Part shown: in pieces, positions 12,689 to 24,538 of the stretch | Numbering within the stretch: position 1 is the stretch's first letter | Layout of the letters: the number at the start of each line of letters is the position of its first letter | Source of the DNA: Nymphaea colorata | Taxonomy: Eukaryota | Direction: 5' to 3' | Assembly (NCBI RefSeq): GCF_008831285.2 | Contig: NC_045138.2 | Location: 15,562,001-15,626,000, forward strand | DNA: 64,000 nucleotides | Made by a program: the position numbers and the translations under genes | Notes under the pieces: model-generated | Seen by the model: the letters and a program-made list of their open reading frames with translations, nothing else | What the model was told of the DNA's origin: nothing | Databases searched by the model: none

Positions 12689-15286
12689 GTGATCACATGA
12701 TATTCAGCTTTTCACATATTGTTTTGACTTTCTCTCTCTAGACACACATATCTAGACATTTAAAATGAGCTTTTAGGAGAGTCAACCTCAACTTGTTCAG
12801 CCTCTTTATATCTTGTGTCATTTATGCGTCAGCTTCCCGTTGTAGGGTCACATGGTCACAACAAGAGTCCATATAAAACTTCTCACAAAAATGACAAAAT
12901 GGCGTTGTAAGGTTCTTGTGTGGTCCATTGAGAAAAAAGACAATAAATCATAATTGATAACCATGCTTTTTCTTCTATTGCGTAACTTCTGTGAACTCTT
13001 TGCGTGCTGCAAGTTTGGATGGATTGCTCTTCCCTTGAACAATTAATATCAGAAAAGACGTTTAAAAAAGTCTTCAAGATGGATGGTTCTCATGGTATTG
13101 AAGATTTCGGACACGATTATTTTTTACATCTGAAGTTACACACAGACTGCAGCCTAAAGTTTAATCGACTTTTTATATCGTGTTTGGTTGGGAGCGTTGA
13201 TGCGTTAACTAATCTATTACTTATATAAGTTCCGTTTCTCGGTATGCCCGCTTGTGATTTGCGCGACGCTCAGTGCAGGGATGAACATGACTTCCGTGGG
13301 TCCGCACGTCCACTTCTTGTCGCGCGTTATTTTGGCGTTTTTTTCGGCCTATCGTTTTCAAACGTGACATTACAACTGCCTTTTCTTTTTTGTTTCTTTC
13401 TTATCCTTTTGGCGTTCCGTAAATCTTTAAAAATATAATTTAGTAATAAAAGGGTAGTTTAGGCTTTATATAATTGCTGGTAAAATATATATATATATAT
13501 AGTTCAGTTCAAGCCTTCATTTAATAGCTTTCATGAAAGGACATACTTTTTACAAAGGGATTTTGCTTTTCCAAAATTATCAACAAAAGGTAAACTCAAA
13601 GAATAGATGAATTCGAAAACTTGGTTTTATTAAAACTAAGTTTTTCAATGAGTTTTGAAAACTTAGTCATTTGTTTAGGCGACATACGCATGAACAAACT
13701 AAGAAGGATCAGGTTTTTCACTCTCTTTTACAAAACCATGTCTTCTCAAGACAGATTTTTCCGCGAATCCAATTTTGATTTTAGAAGCAAAATATAAAGT
13801 TTTGTGTTCGGAATCTGGTTTTGAGTTGTCATCCAAAGCCTCTTTTTTTTTTTTTGTAGAAATTGGACTTTGTTTCAAATTTGAATTTTTAATCAATTTT
13901 TCAAACTTGGTGTGTGGGTTCCGGTGATACATCCAAAACAACGTTCTTTTGTGAAAAAAAAAAAATTGCGTCAATCTGGATTTTTTGACCGCCATCAAAC
14001 ACGACTAAAGCGGTCTCTTAAGACTTCAGAGGTTCCTTTTCTAAATTAAAAAAAAAAATAAGCCCTTAAATGAAAATTTTCAAAATTATGATAGAAAATA
14101 AATATTGCCTTTAATTTGCTGATGCACCATGCCAAGACTGCCAACGAAGATGCCTTTTTGACCTAATGCTTCCAACAAATGCTTTCATTGAAGAGAACCC
14201 ATGCAGCCAGCAACTTGCATGGCTCCATTCCCTAATCCATTGAATTATTGTCTCCAAATTCAAAGGACCAAATTCAACTTCCCATGCTCAAACGGGTCAG
14301 TTTGGGGCACATTATGAGGCGCATCTCTAGTTCGACTCCCAGATAACTATGTTTTTGTTTCTTAAGAAAGGTGTGTTTTACGTGCAAGTTGATGCTCGCG
14401 AAGATCTCGTCGCTATTTGTTACCAACACAACTTTGGATCTTGGCAAAAGAGGAAGGATGAAGCTTTGGCTCTCGCCTCAGTGGTGGTATGGTATTAATC
14501 GTTTTGCTTCACTATACATAGCAATCTATGAGCTCGATCCGAATGACTTCATTCATTGCACCTACTTTTCAAGAAGGAAAGGAAAATGAAAACGAAGAAC
14601 CAGTTTTGAACCGTTCTCTAGATACCACCCATCCAAATCAGCATAATTGAGCTTGTAAGCCAGTTGACACCGACCCACACCCAACCTGATTGAACTTAAC
14701 AGCAACAACGGTTCAATCTTAACCAAAAATGGAGCAATCACCTTCATACAACTTGCCTATCTTCTTAATTATATCCCCAACTCAAAAGGAGAAGATAAAG
14801 CACATGACATATCTACGAAGCTTGACGTGGTAACGTAAATAAAACTTAAAAACCTTGCACGTCCTGCACTCATCCTTTGCCTTTGAAAACGAAAAAAAGG
14901 GCTTATAGATTTATTTCTAAAATAATCTTTATATAAATTATTTTTCACAAATAAATTAATAAATATATAAATGAATCTAGAAGAAAAACTTACACGATGG
15001 CTTCGGTTGTTGGTGCATTAATATGACTGACGGGGTAAGCATTTGACTCACGTTGTTTTCATTTCCAGTCACACGGCTAGAAAGTCAAAACAGGTAGTGG
15101 CGGTTTCGTAATTTTAGGAACACGCATTGAGGGTGTTTTCGTCACACACGGGGAGCCCCACCGTCTCCCTGCCGGAAGAGTGTTTCGGTGTTTGCATATA
15201 ATATTGCTTCCGTTTGAATTCGAAGCCAAGACGCAAGAAGAGAAACGAGGAAAAGAAAGAGAAGGGGAGAGAGAGAGAGGGAGGCG

Positions 15287-16315
15287 ATGGAGGTAGCGTC
15301 GACGCCGGAGAGGGAGGCGGCGGTCACAATTTCCGGCCTTCATCCTGACCTTCTCAAGCACATCCTCCACCTACTGGACGGCGCAGCCCTGGCCGCCATC
15401 GGCTCCACGGCCACCGAGTTCCGCGACGCGTCCGGCGACCAGATGCTCTGGCGGCGGCTCGTCAACGAATCGTGGCCGGCGACATCAGAGACGGAGCTTC
15501 ACCGCCTAATCGCATCCACTCCTGGCGGTTTCCGCGCGTTTTACGCCGACTCATGCCCGCTCGTCTCCGCTGACTCTGTGCTTCCGGCGCCGGAAGGTCC
15601 GCAGCCGTCGCCGGTCGACCTGGTCTCCATCGTAGACGTTCGCCATCGCGGACGGATAATCTTCTCCAAGGTGCTTTACGGCGTCCCGCTCCCGGAGTCG
15701 GGGGAGGACCCGCAGCGAGTGGAGGATTGGTTTCTGGACTCGCCGTTCCGGATAGACGCCCTGGACACAAAGGACGACCCGCCCGTGATTTCCGTCGCCG
15801 GCGGCGACTGCACCGGCGACGAAGTGCGACGGCGACTCGCGGAGGACGTCCAGATGAGCTGGATCGTTTTGGACTTGACACGTGGCAGGGCGGTTAACTT
15901 GACGAGCTGGACGCCCCTGGAGGTGGAGCGCTACTGGTATTCGGACCTGGAGTACCAGATAAAATTCGGGACGGTTTTACCCCTGGAAAGGGAATGTATC
16001 TACTGCGCGGTGTCGGTCAGGTGCGGCGGGTGCGAGGAAGGGGAGCTGAAGGTGAGGGAGATCGCGATGACGATGGAGGACGTTGAGGGAAGGAATTTGC
16101 TGGGAAGGGAGAGTATGGACATTTTCGGGAGGGCCCTGGGGAGCGTGAGGCGGAAAGGCGAAGAGGTGCTCAAAAGAAAATACGCGGAGTTCCTGAGGAC
16201 AAGATCGGAAAACAAGGAGAGGAAAGCCAAGCGGGACAAGCGGATCGACATGGCGTGCGTGCTCTCGGGCGTTTCCGCTTTCGTCGCCTTCTGCGCCTTT
16301 ATGATCATCCGATGA
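15287..16315 (+). CDS. Intronless F-box protein, At2g27310/At2g36090-like, with C-terminal transmembrane anchor (342 aa)
   Basis: Uninterrupted GC-rich ORF with N-terminal F-box ISGLHPDLLKHILHLLDGAALAAIG...LWRRL and family motifs GFRAFYADSCP, DLVSIVDV, WFLDSPFRIDALD and RAVNLTSW. The C-terminus is hydrophobic. TATA-like TATATAA near 15196. Confidence 0.93.
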   Translation: MEVASTPEREAAVTISGLHPDLLKHILHLLDGAALAAIGSTATEFRDASGDQMLWRRLVNESWPATSETELHRLIASTPGGFRAFYADSCPLVSADSVLPAPEGPQPSPVDLVSIVDVRHRGRIIFSKVLYGVPLPESGEDPQRVEDWFLDSPFRIDALDTKDDPPVISVAGGDCTGDEVRRRLAEDVQMSWIVLDLTRGRAVNLTSWTPLEVERYWYSDLEYQIKFGTVLPLERECIYCAVSVRCGGCEEGELKVREIAMTMEDVEGRNLLGRESMDIFGRALGSVRRKGEEVLKRKYAEFLRTRSENKERKAKRDKRIDMACVLSGVSAFVAFCAFMIIR

Positions 16316-16986
16316 CTGTAATTCCCCCACCCCCCCCCCCCCCATAAACTTTTCATCTTTTAGATTCTTTTAGAACAAGATATTTATCACGAATTATTGC
16401 ATTATACAAGGTGATAATTAAATGTATAGAATTCATGTTACTGCAATTCATACGAGGGCATTAATGGGAATTGTTATCCTGGCTTATCCTTCCTTCTTTC
16501 TTCCCCAGCTACTTTTCTGAGCGGGACCTGCCACCTGATTCCGCTGGTTTTACGAGTTCTAAGTTCACCAGTTTAATCCTAAATTTCCGACGAACCTACC
16601 TTGCCCATAACCACTTCTTAATGAAGGTGAGAGAGACATTAAGTGTTTCACCAACCAGAAATCTACCGATATGTAGTCGGTAATTGCGGGTTCCTCCTCC
16701 ACCTAAACAGAACCCATCATCGGCCAATGGTGATTTGTGAAAGAAAAAAGATCATGAATGAGGTGTCACTGCATGCCCTTGGTTGAATAAGATAGCCGAA
16801 CCGATGCATATGTATCATCTGCGTTTTATATTTCCGTTGCGGAATCAAGTCAGACGGAGTTGGTAGCTGATCAAAAGCAAAGTAGGACGGCAGGCATGTT
16901 TCCGACTCGGTTAGTAGGTCATATTCAATATTTTGTAGCTACGCTGCAATTGATGACGACGGGGTTCACTCATATATATATATATA

Positions 16987-16989
<3 letters not shown>

Positions 16990-17062
<73 letters not shown>
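16990..17062. repeat. (TC)n microsatellite
   Basis: Perfect CT dinucleotide run. Confidence 0.95.
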
Positions 17063-17063
<1 letters not shown>

Positions 17064-18895
17064 GATGGAATAATTTCTTAGACGCATTATTATGCCCCAA
17101 AGTATTATATAATTTGTATTGGGGCACTTCTTTAAAATTTGATCATATGCATCGACATTTTTAAGTTTTTGATCATCTAAAAGCGTGTTGATCACAAACG
17201 ACGCACATGGAGACGGATCTTAGAATGAAATAAATATCCGCAGTTCTTTCAAAATTCGAACTTTACCTGATAAACTTTTGATAAAGTGGGTTGTGAAAGG
17301 GTTTCCGCAACACATGCGTACTGACATTTAATTTTCAGAAACAAACAGATATGCTCGGCAATGGCCTTGGGAAGGGGAATAGTTTTTTGTTCTCGACGTA
17401 GAGAACAGCTGACGCCTCTATTAGGTCATTTCATGTCTTTTCGAAAATTTATCATACCGTATAAACGAAAACCATTAAATTTTATTTTTAAAATATTATA
17501 AGAAAGTGGATCTAATTGTTCTAGGATCTCAAAAGAAGAGTTGGTACATATATATTGTGTTTTCGAAATTTTGAAGCAGTTCATCTGGATGCGCGAACAA
17601 CATAAATCTGAAAAAAAAAAAAAAATCCCACGCATCCCAATGAACCGGTAAAAAAAAAAATAGTTCCATTGGTTTTATACTATCGGATCGCGTACGGTTA
17701 AAAATTTGAAAAAAGAAAGGCACTTGAGATGAAGATGAATTTTAAAATGAAATGCATCCAATTAATTAGTTAGATGAAAGGTCGCCATTTAAATGGGACC
17801 AGACTTGCATGGAGTGAGATGCAATTCCGAGTTCAACTTTAATTGTAATCCATTTTATTATTGACTTGGAACAGTGAACAGTAATAATGTACATAAGAAG
17901 TTTAAGATATATATTATACATGTGTAAGCCACATAAATAAGTCTTTATATGCATCATTGTCATCTCCAAGATAAGGATTGAGATGCCACCCAAATATCAT
18001 ATTGATTTTTATTTCTTGTCGGTGCGGTTTGTGGAATATATATATATATATTTTTAAATAAAAAATTATGCCAAAACAACTATTAGTTATATGGACCACA
18101 AACTATGCAGGAATACGTGGATCATTATCAAGTAAATCAAGCCCATGTATTTGACTTCATTTAATTCTTAAGATATTTTTCGATGTATTTTACAGTCTCA
18201 TGTATCAAACCATATATTTTTATATATGTTAATAAACTTTTTCAATAAGGTGCTAGATTTAAACATTCAATTCAGATATTTATCATGTTTCTATTTACAC
18301 AAGATTTAATTTGGATTTGGATATCTGATGAATTTGGTATGAAATATCCTATTTCAACATGGGTGTGTGGTCCATGAGGCGTCCGCCTTATTGGCTGGTC
18401 AAAGCCATTGTTGGCAAACTGACCAAGTCAACGCGCATTCATTGGCTCAGATTGCGCACACTTCCCGAACTTATATAAACAAGTAGTCCAGTAAGTTGCA
18501 CGGAACCAAACCCAGCCGAGTCAACGGTTTTCACTCTGAAGAAGTCAGCCCACTAGCTCAAGTCGCTGTTGTTTTTTCATTGGCACGATCTGGGTTAAGC
18601 TAATTGCCTATCAGTTGCATGGTCAGCTTTAATTTCTTCTTACACTTTCTATATATAATATGTTCATAGTGCAGAGAACACTAATTCCGATGCTGCATAA
18701 CTAGATCCAGATTCGGGTTGGGGATCTAAAAACTGTATCCGGCCCATCGAATAAGTCATCCGAACCATTGTCATTCAAATTCCATCAAAAATTTAATCAG
18801 CTTTTTATTTACTAATTACTCTTATTGCTTCCATTTTTCCTTCTAGTGAATCAAATTAATGTCATTGGTGCTTTTAGCAATAGTTTTCATAAACC

Positions 18896-18934
<39 letters not shown>

Positions 18935-19226
18935 ACAATATATCCAAAACCGAAAGTTTTGTACCTGATCTTCAAGGCCTATACCTGTCGAGATTGGCAC
19001 CTACAGGAATCAAACTGACAACTGACTAATTACCGGTTGGTTTGACTGACAGTCTAAAACCCTAAAGCTAGTACCTTCGCCGGCACAACCTACACTTGCT
19101 TTGACATACGAGAGGTTGATGTGCCAACAGAAATCAAACCAGCAGCTGACCTCTTACCAGCCACTGACTCAGACCAATTATGGTTAAACATTTTAGAGTA
19201 AACTTTAATATTTACAACGTTATGAC

Positions 19227-19409
19227 CAGTGGCTGAGCCACATATAAGCTGGTCTGGGCAGTTGCCCACACCAGCTTCTCAAAATTTTTTTTTTCAGTTT
19301 TACATCAAGATTGTTTAATATTTAATTTGCTATACATATAAATACTCCTTTTAAGTATAAAAACCTCTGAATCAGTGCCCTTTTAAAAAAAAAAACTGGC
19401 TTCGCGCTG
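19227..19409. mobile_element. hAT-type MITE with 8-bp TSD GTTATGAC
   Basis: GTTATGAC occurs at 19219-19226 and 19410-19417, with imperfect TIRs CAGTGGCTGAGCCA / TGGCTTCGCGCTG. The internal motif (GC)A(A/G)TTGCCCACAC recurs near 26931 and 39789. Confidence 0.8.
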
Positions 19410-19751
19410 GTTATGACATGCTTAGCAAAAGCTGTGGTCTTAAGCAGAAAAGAAAAAAACATGCTGGTAGTATTGAGCTAAATTCATGGAGCCATGCTGT
19501 TCTCGAGAGCGCGTAGTTCTCGGAGGCAACCTTGAGACTGTTCTACAAACACGGCATATGAATGGGCCTGGAATTGAAGCAAACTCTTTGTGGGGTCTTC
19601 TTTTTCTGGACATATGATAGAAACCATTATTATCAAAAATTAAACTCTTACATTTATGATATGGTCCTATAAACTTACTTTTTTTCCTTTTTCTTCCTTT
19701 TCAATTAAGAAAATTTGCAATTAAGGACATGTTTTTTTAGTATAATTTTGA

Positions 19752-20468
19752 AATGGTGTAACTTTTTTGTGGCAAGACACACTTCTTTTGTTCTTTGATC
19801 TTAACAGCAGAACTTTAAATCACAAAAAGTATCTCTTTTCTAACACGTTATCGTGTCCTTTCGATACAAAATGATTTGTTTTCGTTGGGAATCATGCGTC
19901 CCCAGAATCATGCAAAAATTGTATACAGTTCTTCAGGAGCTCTTTGCGTCGGCTTAACAAACAGAACTTTGAATCATAAAGAGTGTATCTTCTCTAGCCG
20001 TTTTCATGTCTTTTCCATATGGAAAATGTTTTTATTTTTCTTACAAAATATACCTTTCTAGAATTGTAAAACTGTATACAGTTCGTCAAATAACTTGAAA
20101 AACCAACCTGGCAATTTCGTGAATGGGCTTGGTTGAGGAGGGATTAGGTGCTGACAGGAAGGCAAAAACCAATATCGCAGGTACATCAGTGAGAGCGCCC
20201 TTCCTCATCCAGTCAATACCAACGACGCTGTCCAATCGAAGCACACGCCAATGGCGGCGGTACTGCGAACAGTCGGACGTCTCCTTCGAAACCCATCTCC
20301 GTTTAATGCTGCCCATCGTCGCCAACTGCCTCTGCGGCTCAGTTTCGACAGAGGGGTTGCCTCCAAGGTATTCGTTGGAGGTATTCCATTCTCCTGTTCG
20401 TTATTTTTCATTTGCTTTACAGGCACGCTGTGGTCGATCTGCTTTCGTTTACATGGAATATGCTGTTT
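19752..20468 (+). pseudogene. Inverted, rearranged partial duplicate of the RRM (S-RBP11-like) gene: an intron-1 segment followed by 5'UTR, exon 1 and intron start
   Basis: 19752-20164 is the reverse complement of about 23048-23473, and 20214-20468 is the reverse complement of about 23827-24081. The exon-1 copy at 20251-20380 differs from the original at 3 of 130 nt. Confidence 0.92.
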
Positions 20469-21137
20469 TTCCCTTCTTGCTGCAGCTTGGTAACGAAAGC
20501 TCAAAGCTATGGCAAGAAAATTCTGATGCTAATTAACGATGAGGAGTGGAGGCATGAGATGGAGGAGTTCTTTTTCATCAAACTTCGCACCAATGCTGAT
20601 CATCACGAGGTCAGGATACGAGCTTATAATTTCCAGATATCAAAAAGGTGGCCTGTGGCTGAGGCTGTCCATCTTTTTGTATAGATTATCCGAGAAATCG
20701 TTCTGTAAATTTTGGGACATCCCGGAAGGCGATTGGGACCCTTTCAATGAACCAGTGGGGATGGATTAGGGACCTTTCGGGTCCCAATTTTTGTCTGTGT
20801 ATCCTTTGTCCCCGTCTCATGTCTTGTGAAACACGAGGTGCAGATGGCAAAGGATAGGTAACTTCTCTGCCACCTATTAACAACTGAAGGTCCACGCGAT
20901 TATCTATGGCCAACTTCAGAGCATGTGCAGAGAGAGAGAGAGAGAGAGACATATCCAAAGCCCTATAATTCCTGCTACATATGAAAGACGAGCTTTGCTC
21001 AAAGCTCTTTTTCCCGGTAACAAGGAGAACCTCTAAGAACTGCGCCCAAATTATGAAACAATTCTAGTGGTAACAAAATCTAAGTTTTACAGTGCTATGA
21101 AAGGTTAACATCATTATGTCTCGATCTGAGGCCCACA

Positions 21138-24044
21138 TCAGTTGTTCCTCGTAGGTGGTCCTCGAGCTCTTGGCACAGAATCCTGAAACTGTGTCCTGGG
21201 TTTTGCATTATCTACAAATATCACTCTACCGTTCAAGATCTGTAAACAGAAAGACATCCAATCAGGTCCGTTTAATATCAGTAAGAATATATAATGAAGA
21301 CTGAATTAGTCCTGCCTGGGTATTTTTATTCAATGACAATGAAGCCTACTGAATTTTTTAAATTAGTAGAATTGGTGGCCCGGAAGGTATCATACTAGTT
21401 GTTTTGTGGTTGTCCCCTCATGTAAACCCACAAGGTATCCCTCATCCACCACTAAAAGGGTTTTCCTACTGTTCAGCATTAAGGCAAAGCACATGCGCAG
21501 GTATTGGGTCGCAGACCTCTTGAGGCCATGCAATTAACAGTTGAGTCTTCCTCTTGAGCACGCAAAGCAAGCTCATTAATAGGCAGGCCACAAAATAACA
21601 CCTTCTAAAGATCTTTTCAAAGACCGAACTGCTTAATCTGCAGATAAACCCCAGGTAAGCCGCCACTTTATGAGGGCAACACCATGAGAAAGCTCATAAT
21701 GTAGAGTGGCAGTTAGACCTGGACAACCGCTCTATCTCCAGCACAATGTCACAATCTGTCAAGCTTAGGCCTATGTTTGGGTGGGCTGGGCCAAGAGCAG
21801 CTGCAGGCAAGGGAGAAAGGTGCTAGAGCAGGCATTTACCTTGCCATTCATTTCTTTTATGGCCTTTTCGGCTTCCTCTTCTGATGCAAATGTCACGAAC
21901 CCGAAGCCTTTAGATCTTTCAGACACCTTGTCCATAATTATAGAGGCTGCAATCAAACATGTTAGCTATGTAAAATCTGATAGTTTCAGAAGAACTTAAT
22001 GAAGACAAGCACGACCTATGGGATATGAAAGTTCAGAGTTCCAATTGGGAAAAATTGATGAAAGCAAGCACCTTCTATAACCTGACCAAACGGTGCAAAA
22101 GCTCCAGCTAACAATTCCTCTGTTGTGTAAAAAGATAGTCCTGCAAAATATTCCAAGGGAGAAGACTAGAAACTGTAATGGCTTCTTAACTTCACTTAAT
22201 TGAAGGGCGAAAAAACAGAAAAGCCTTGATTGCTGGCTTTCAACTGAAAACTCAAAGAAAAGTATCCCTAAACCATGACTGTCTTTGTGTTAATTCAAGA
22301 AGTCGGATGAACTTCGACAATGCTCGAACAGAGTAAGTCTTTTTAGTTGACATCACAAAGGCCTCATTGCAGTATTTTCAGGATAACTCATCCAAATGCA
22401 ACGGTTTTTCAGGCAAACATGTGAATGGAAAATACACAACTTAAAAGAATCGGGATGGACTAAGTTACTAACTATCACAAAATGAGTAAAAAAAGTTGAT
22501 TATCTTCGTCTCAACATTTTTGCATCCAGAAAAACTTCATCTTCACCCTTATCTGCTCAATGTAACCACCTCTCCAGGAGAACCAACAGATTCCATCATA
22601 CGCCCTATCAATGACCTGTCCTATCCCTCCAGTGTTGCGCTGCTCTAGAATTCACAATGCCTTCACAATGTCATTCAGAATCTATATGACACCTGCCTAG
22701 GCAAAATTGGGACATTAAGCTACTTTACTGTCTAGCATGCCAGGCCCCGTTTCTACTCATTTATGCACCGTTGCTAACAGTCGCTCAGGCCTCTATGAAG
22801 TCTCATCTTTAACGCCCTAGACTTCCTTAGAAAGCCCTGTAGCAGCATTAACATGTCCATTCACCTAAAGGAAGGAAACCCATAGAAGACCAGATAACCC
22901 GTGGCTTCATCAATTCCCTGTAGTAAAAGCACTAATTATATGTAAAAGGCCCCATACACGGGATGACTTAATCTCCACACAAACCACCAACATGCTAATA
23001 CAATGCATCTTAACTGTTAGCTGGCCTAAGTAGTTGAACCAAGGCAGTGCCTTCCTGACAAGATCTTTCAGCACCTAATCCCTCCTCAACCAAGCCCATT
23101 CACGAAATTGCCAGGTTGGTTTTTCAAGTCATTTGACGAACTGTATACAGTTTTACAATTCTAGAAAGGTATATTTTGTAAGAAAAATAAAAACATTTTC
23201 CATATGGAAAAGACATGAAAACGGCTAGAGAAGATACACTCTTTATGATTCAAAGTTCTGTTTGTTAAGCTGACGCAAAGAGCTCCTGAAGAACTGTATA
23301 CAATTTTTGCATAATTCTGGGGACGTATGATTCCCAACGAAAACAAATCATTTTGTATCGAAAGGACACGATAACGTGTTAGAAAAGAGATACTTTTTGT
23401 TATTTAAAGTTCTGCTGTTAAGATCAAAGAACAAAAGAAGTGTGTCTTGCCACACAAAAAAAGTTACACCATTAACGGCCGGAATAAAGCTACAATCTTC
23501 ACGCATTCTACATCAACCAACAAGAGCAACGTTGCCAAGATTGGAGACTTTAACTAAAGAAAGTACCAAGAACTAAAAGTGCCAAGAACTAACACTAGAA
23601 GTTCTGAAATTAACCATGTAGAAGACTTTTAAGAGATGACCACCTAAGAATTTCGAGAAAAAACACTCGTATTACTGGCTACGGACCGGAAAGAGAAGAT
23701 GCTAGTGTGGATCAGGTAACTATCATTCTGTCGTGGAGAACCGATATCCTTCACCTTTTTAATCACCTCAACGGCTCAACCAGAAACCGAAGCTCATCGT
23801 TGGCACACTTAAAAATTCAAGTTAACAAACAGCATACTCCATGTAAACGAAAGCAGATCGGCCACAGCGTGCCTGTAAAGCAAATGAAAAATAACGAACA
23901 GGAGAACGGAATACCTCCAACGAATACCTTGGAGGCAACCCCTCTGTCGAAACTGAGCTGCAGAGGCAGTTGGCGACGATGGGCAGCATTAAACGGAGAT
24001 GGGTTTCGAAGGAGACGCCCGACTGCTCGCAGTACCGCCGCCAT
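21138..24044 (-). CDS. Small organellar single-RRM RNA-binding protein, S-RBP11 (At5g06210)-like, 135 aa
   Basis: Exons 24044-23915, 22140-22072, 21946-21840 and 21239-21138, all GT-AG with consistent phases. An Arg/Ala-rich targeting peptide is followed by RGVASKVFVGGLSFYTTE (RNP2), KGFGFVTF (RNP1), LNGRVIFVDNAK and C-terminal ARGPP. Confidence 0.92.
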
Positions 24045-24195
24045 TGGCGTGTGCTTCGATTGGACAGCGTCGTTGGTATTGCTCGGCCGAGTAGGGGAAG
24101 AGGAGGGTCGAGGTCCCGAGGGGCTTCAAAATTGGGATCGATTGAAGTTGAACTTCATCCGGACCAAGTGTAGCGGTAGCCTGATCAAACGTAGT

Positions 24196-24506
24196 CAATG
24201 TCACCAGGGTACGCCATTTTTGGCCTCGCACCCGCGTCGACCGATGCGGGTGCAAGTGACACCCAAACCAGTCGAAGAAGAATCGGGTGCGGTCAGCAGC
24301 ACCCGATTAAAATCCTCTTTACTCGCAGCGGTCAAATGAGAGTGAGTCTAATATGGTCTAATTTTTAGGGTTTATTTTATTTTATTTTTTTACTGTTTCT
24401 CTCCTCTCGCCTGCGATCTTTCTCTTCCACCGGCAGGCGGCACCTTCCTCTCCAATCTCCACCGGCAGGCGGCATCATCTCCGTCCGGCTCCGGCGGCAT
24501 CAGGTT

Positions 24507-24538
<32 letters not shown>

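Noticed and set aside
15462..16356. Several minus-strand ORFs
   Set aside because: These are antisense shadows of the GC-rich F-box CDS.
23707..24339. 210-aa plus-strand ORF
   Set aside because: It has a GTG start, lies antisense to RRM exon 1, runs into a transposon end and shows no domain.
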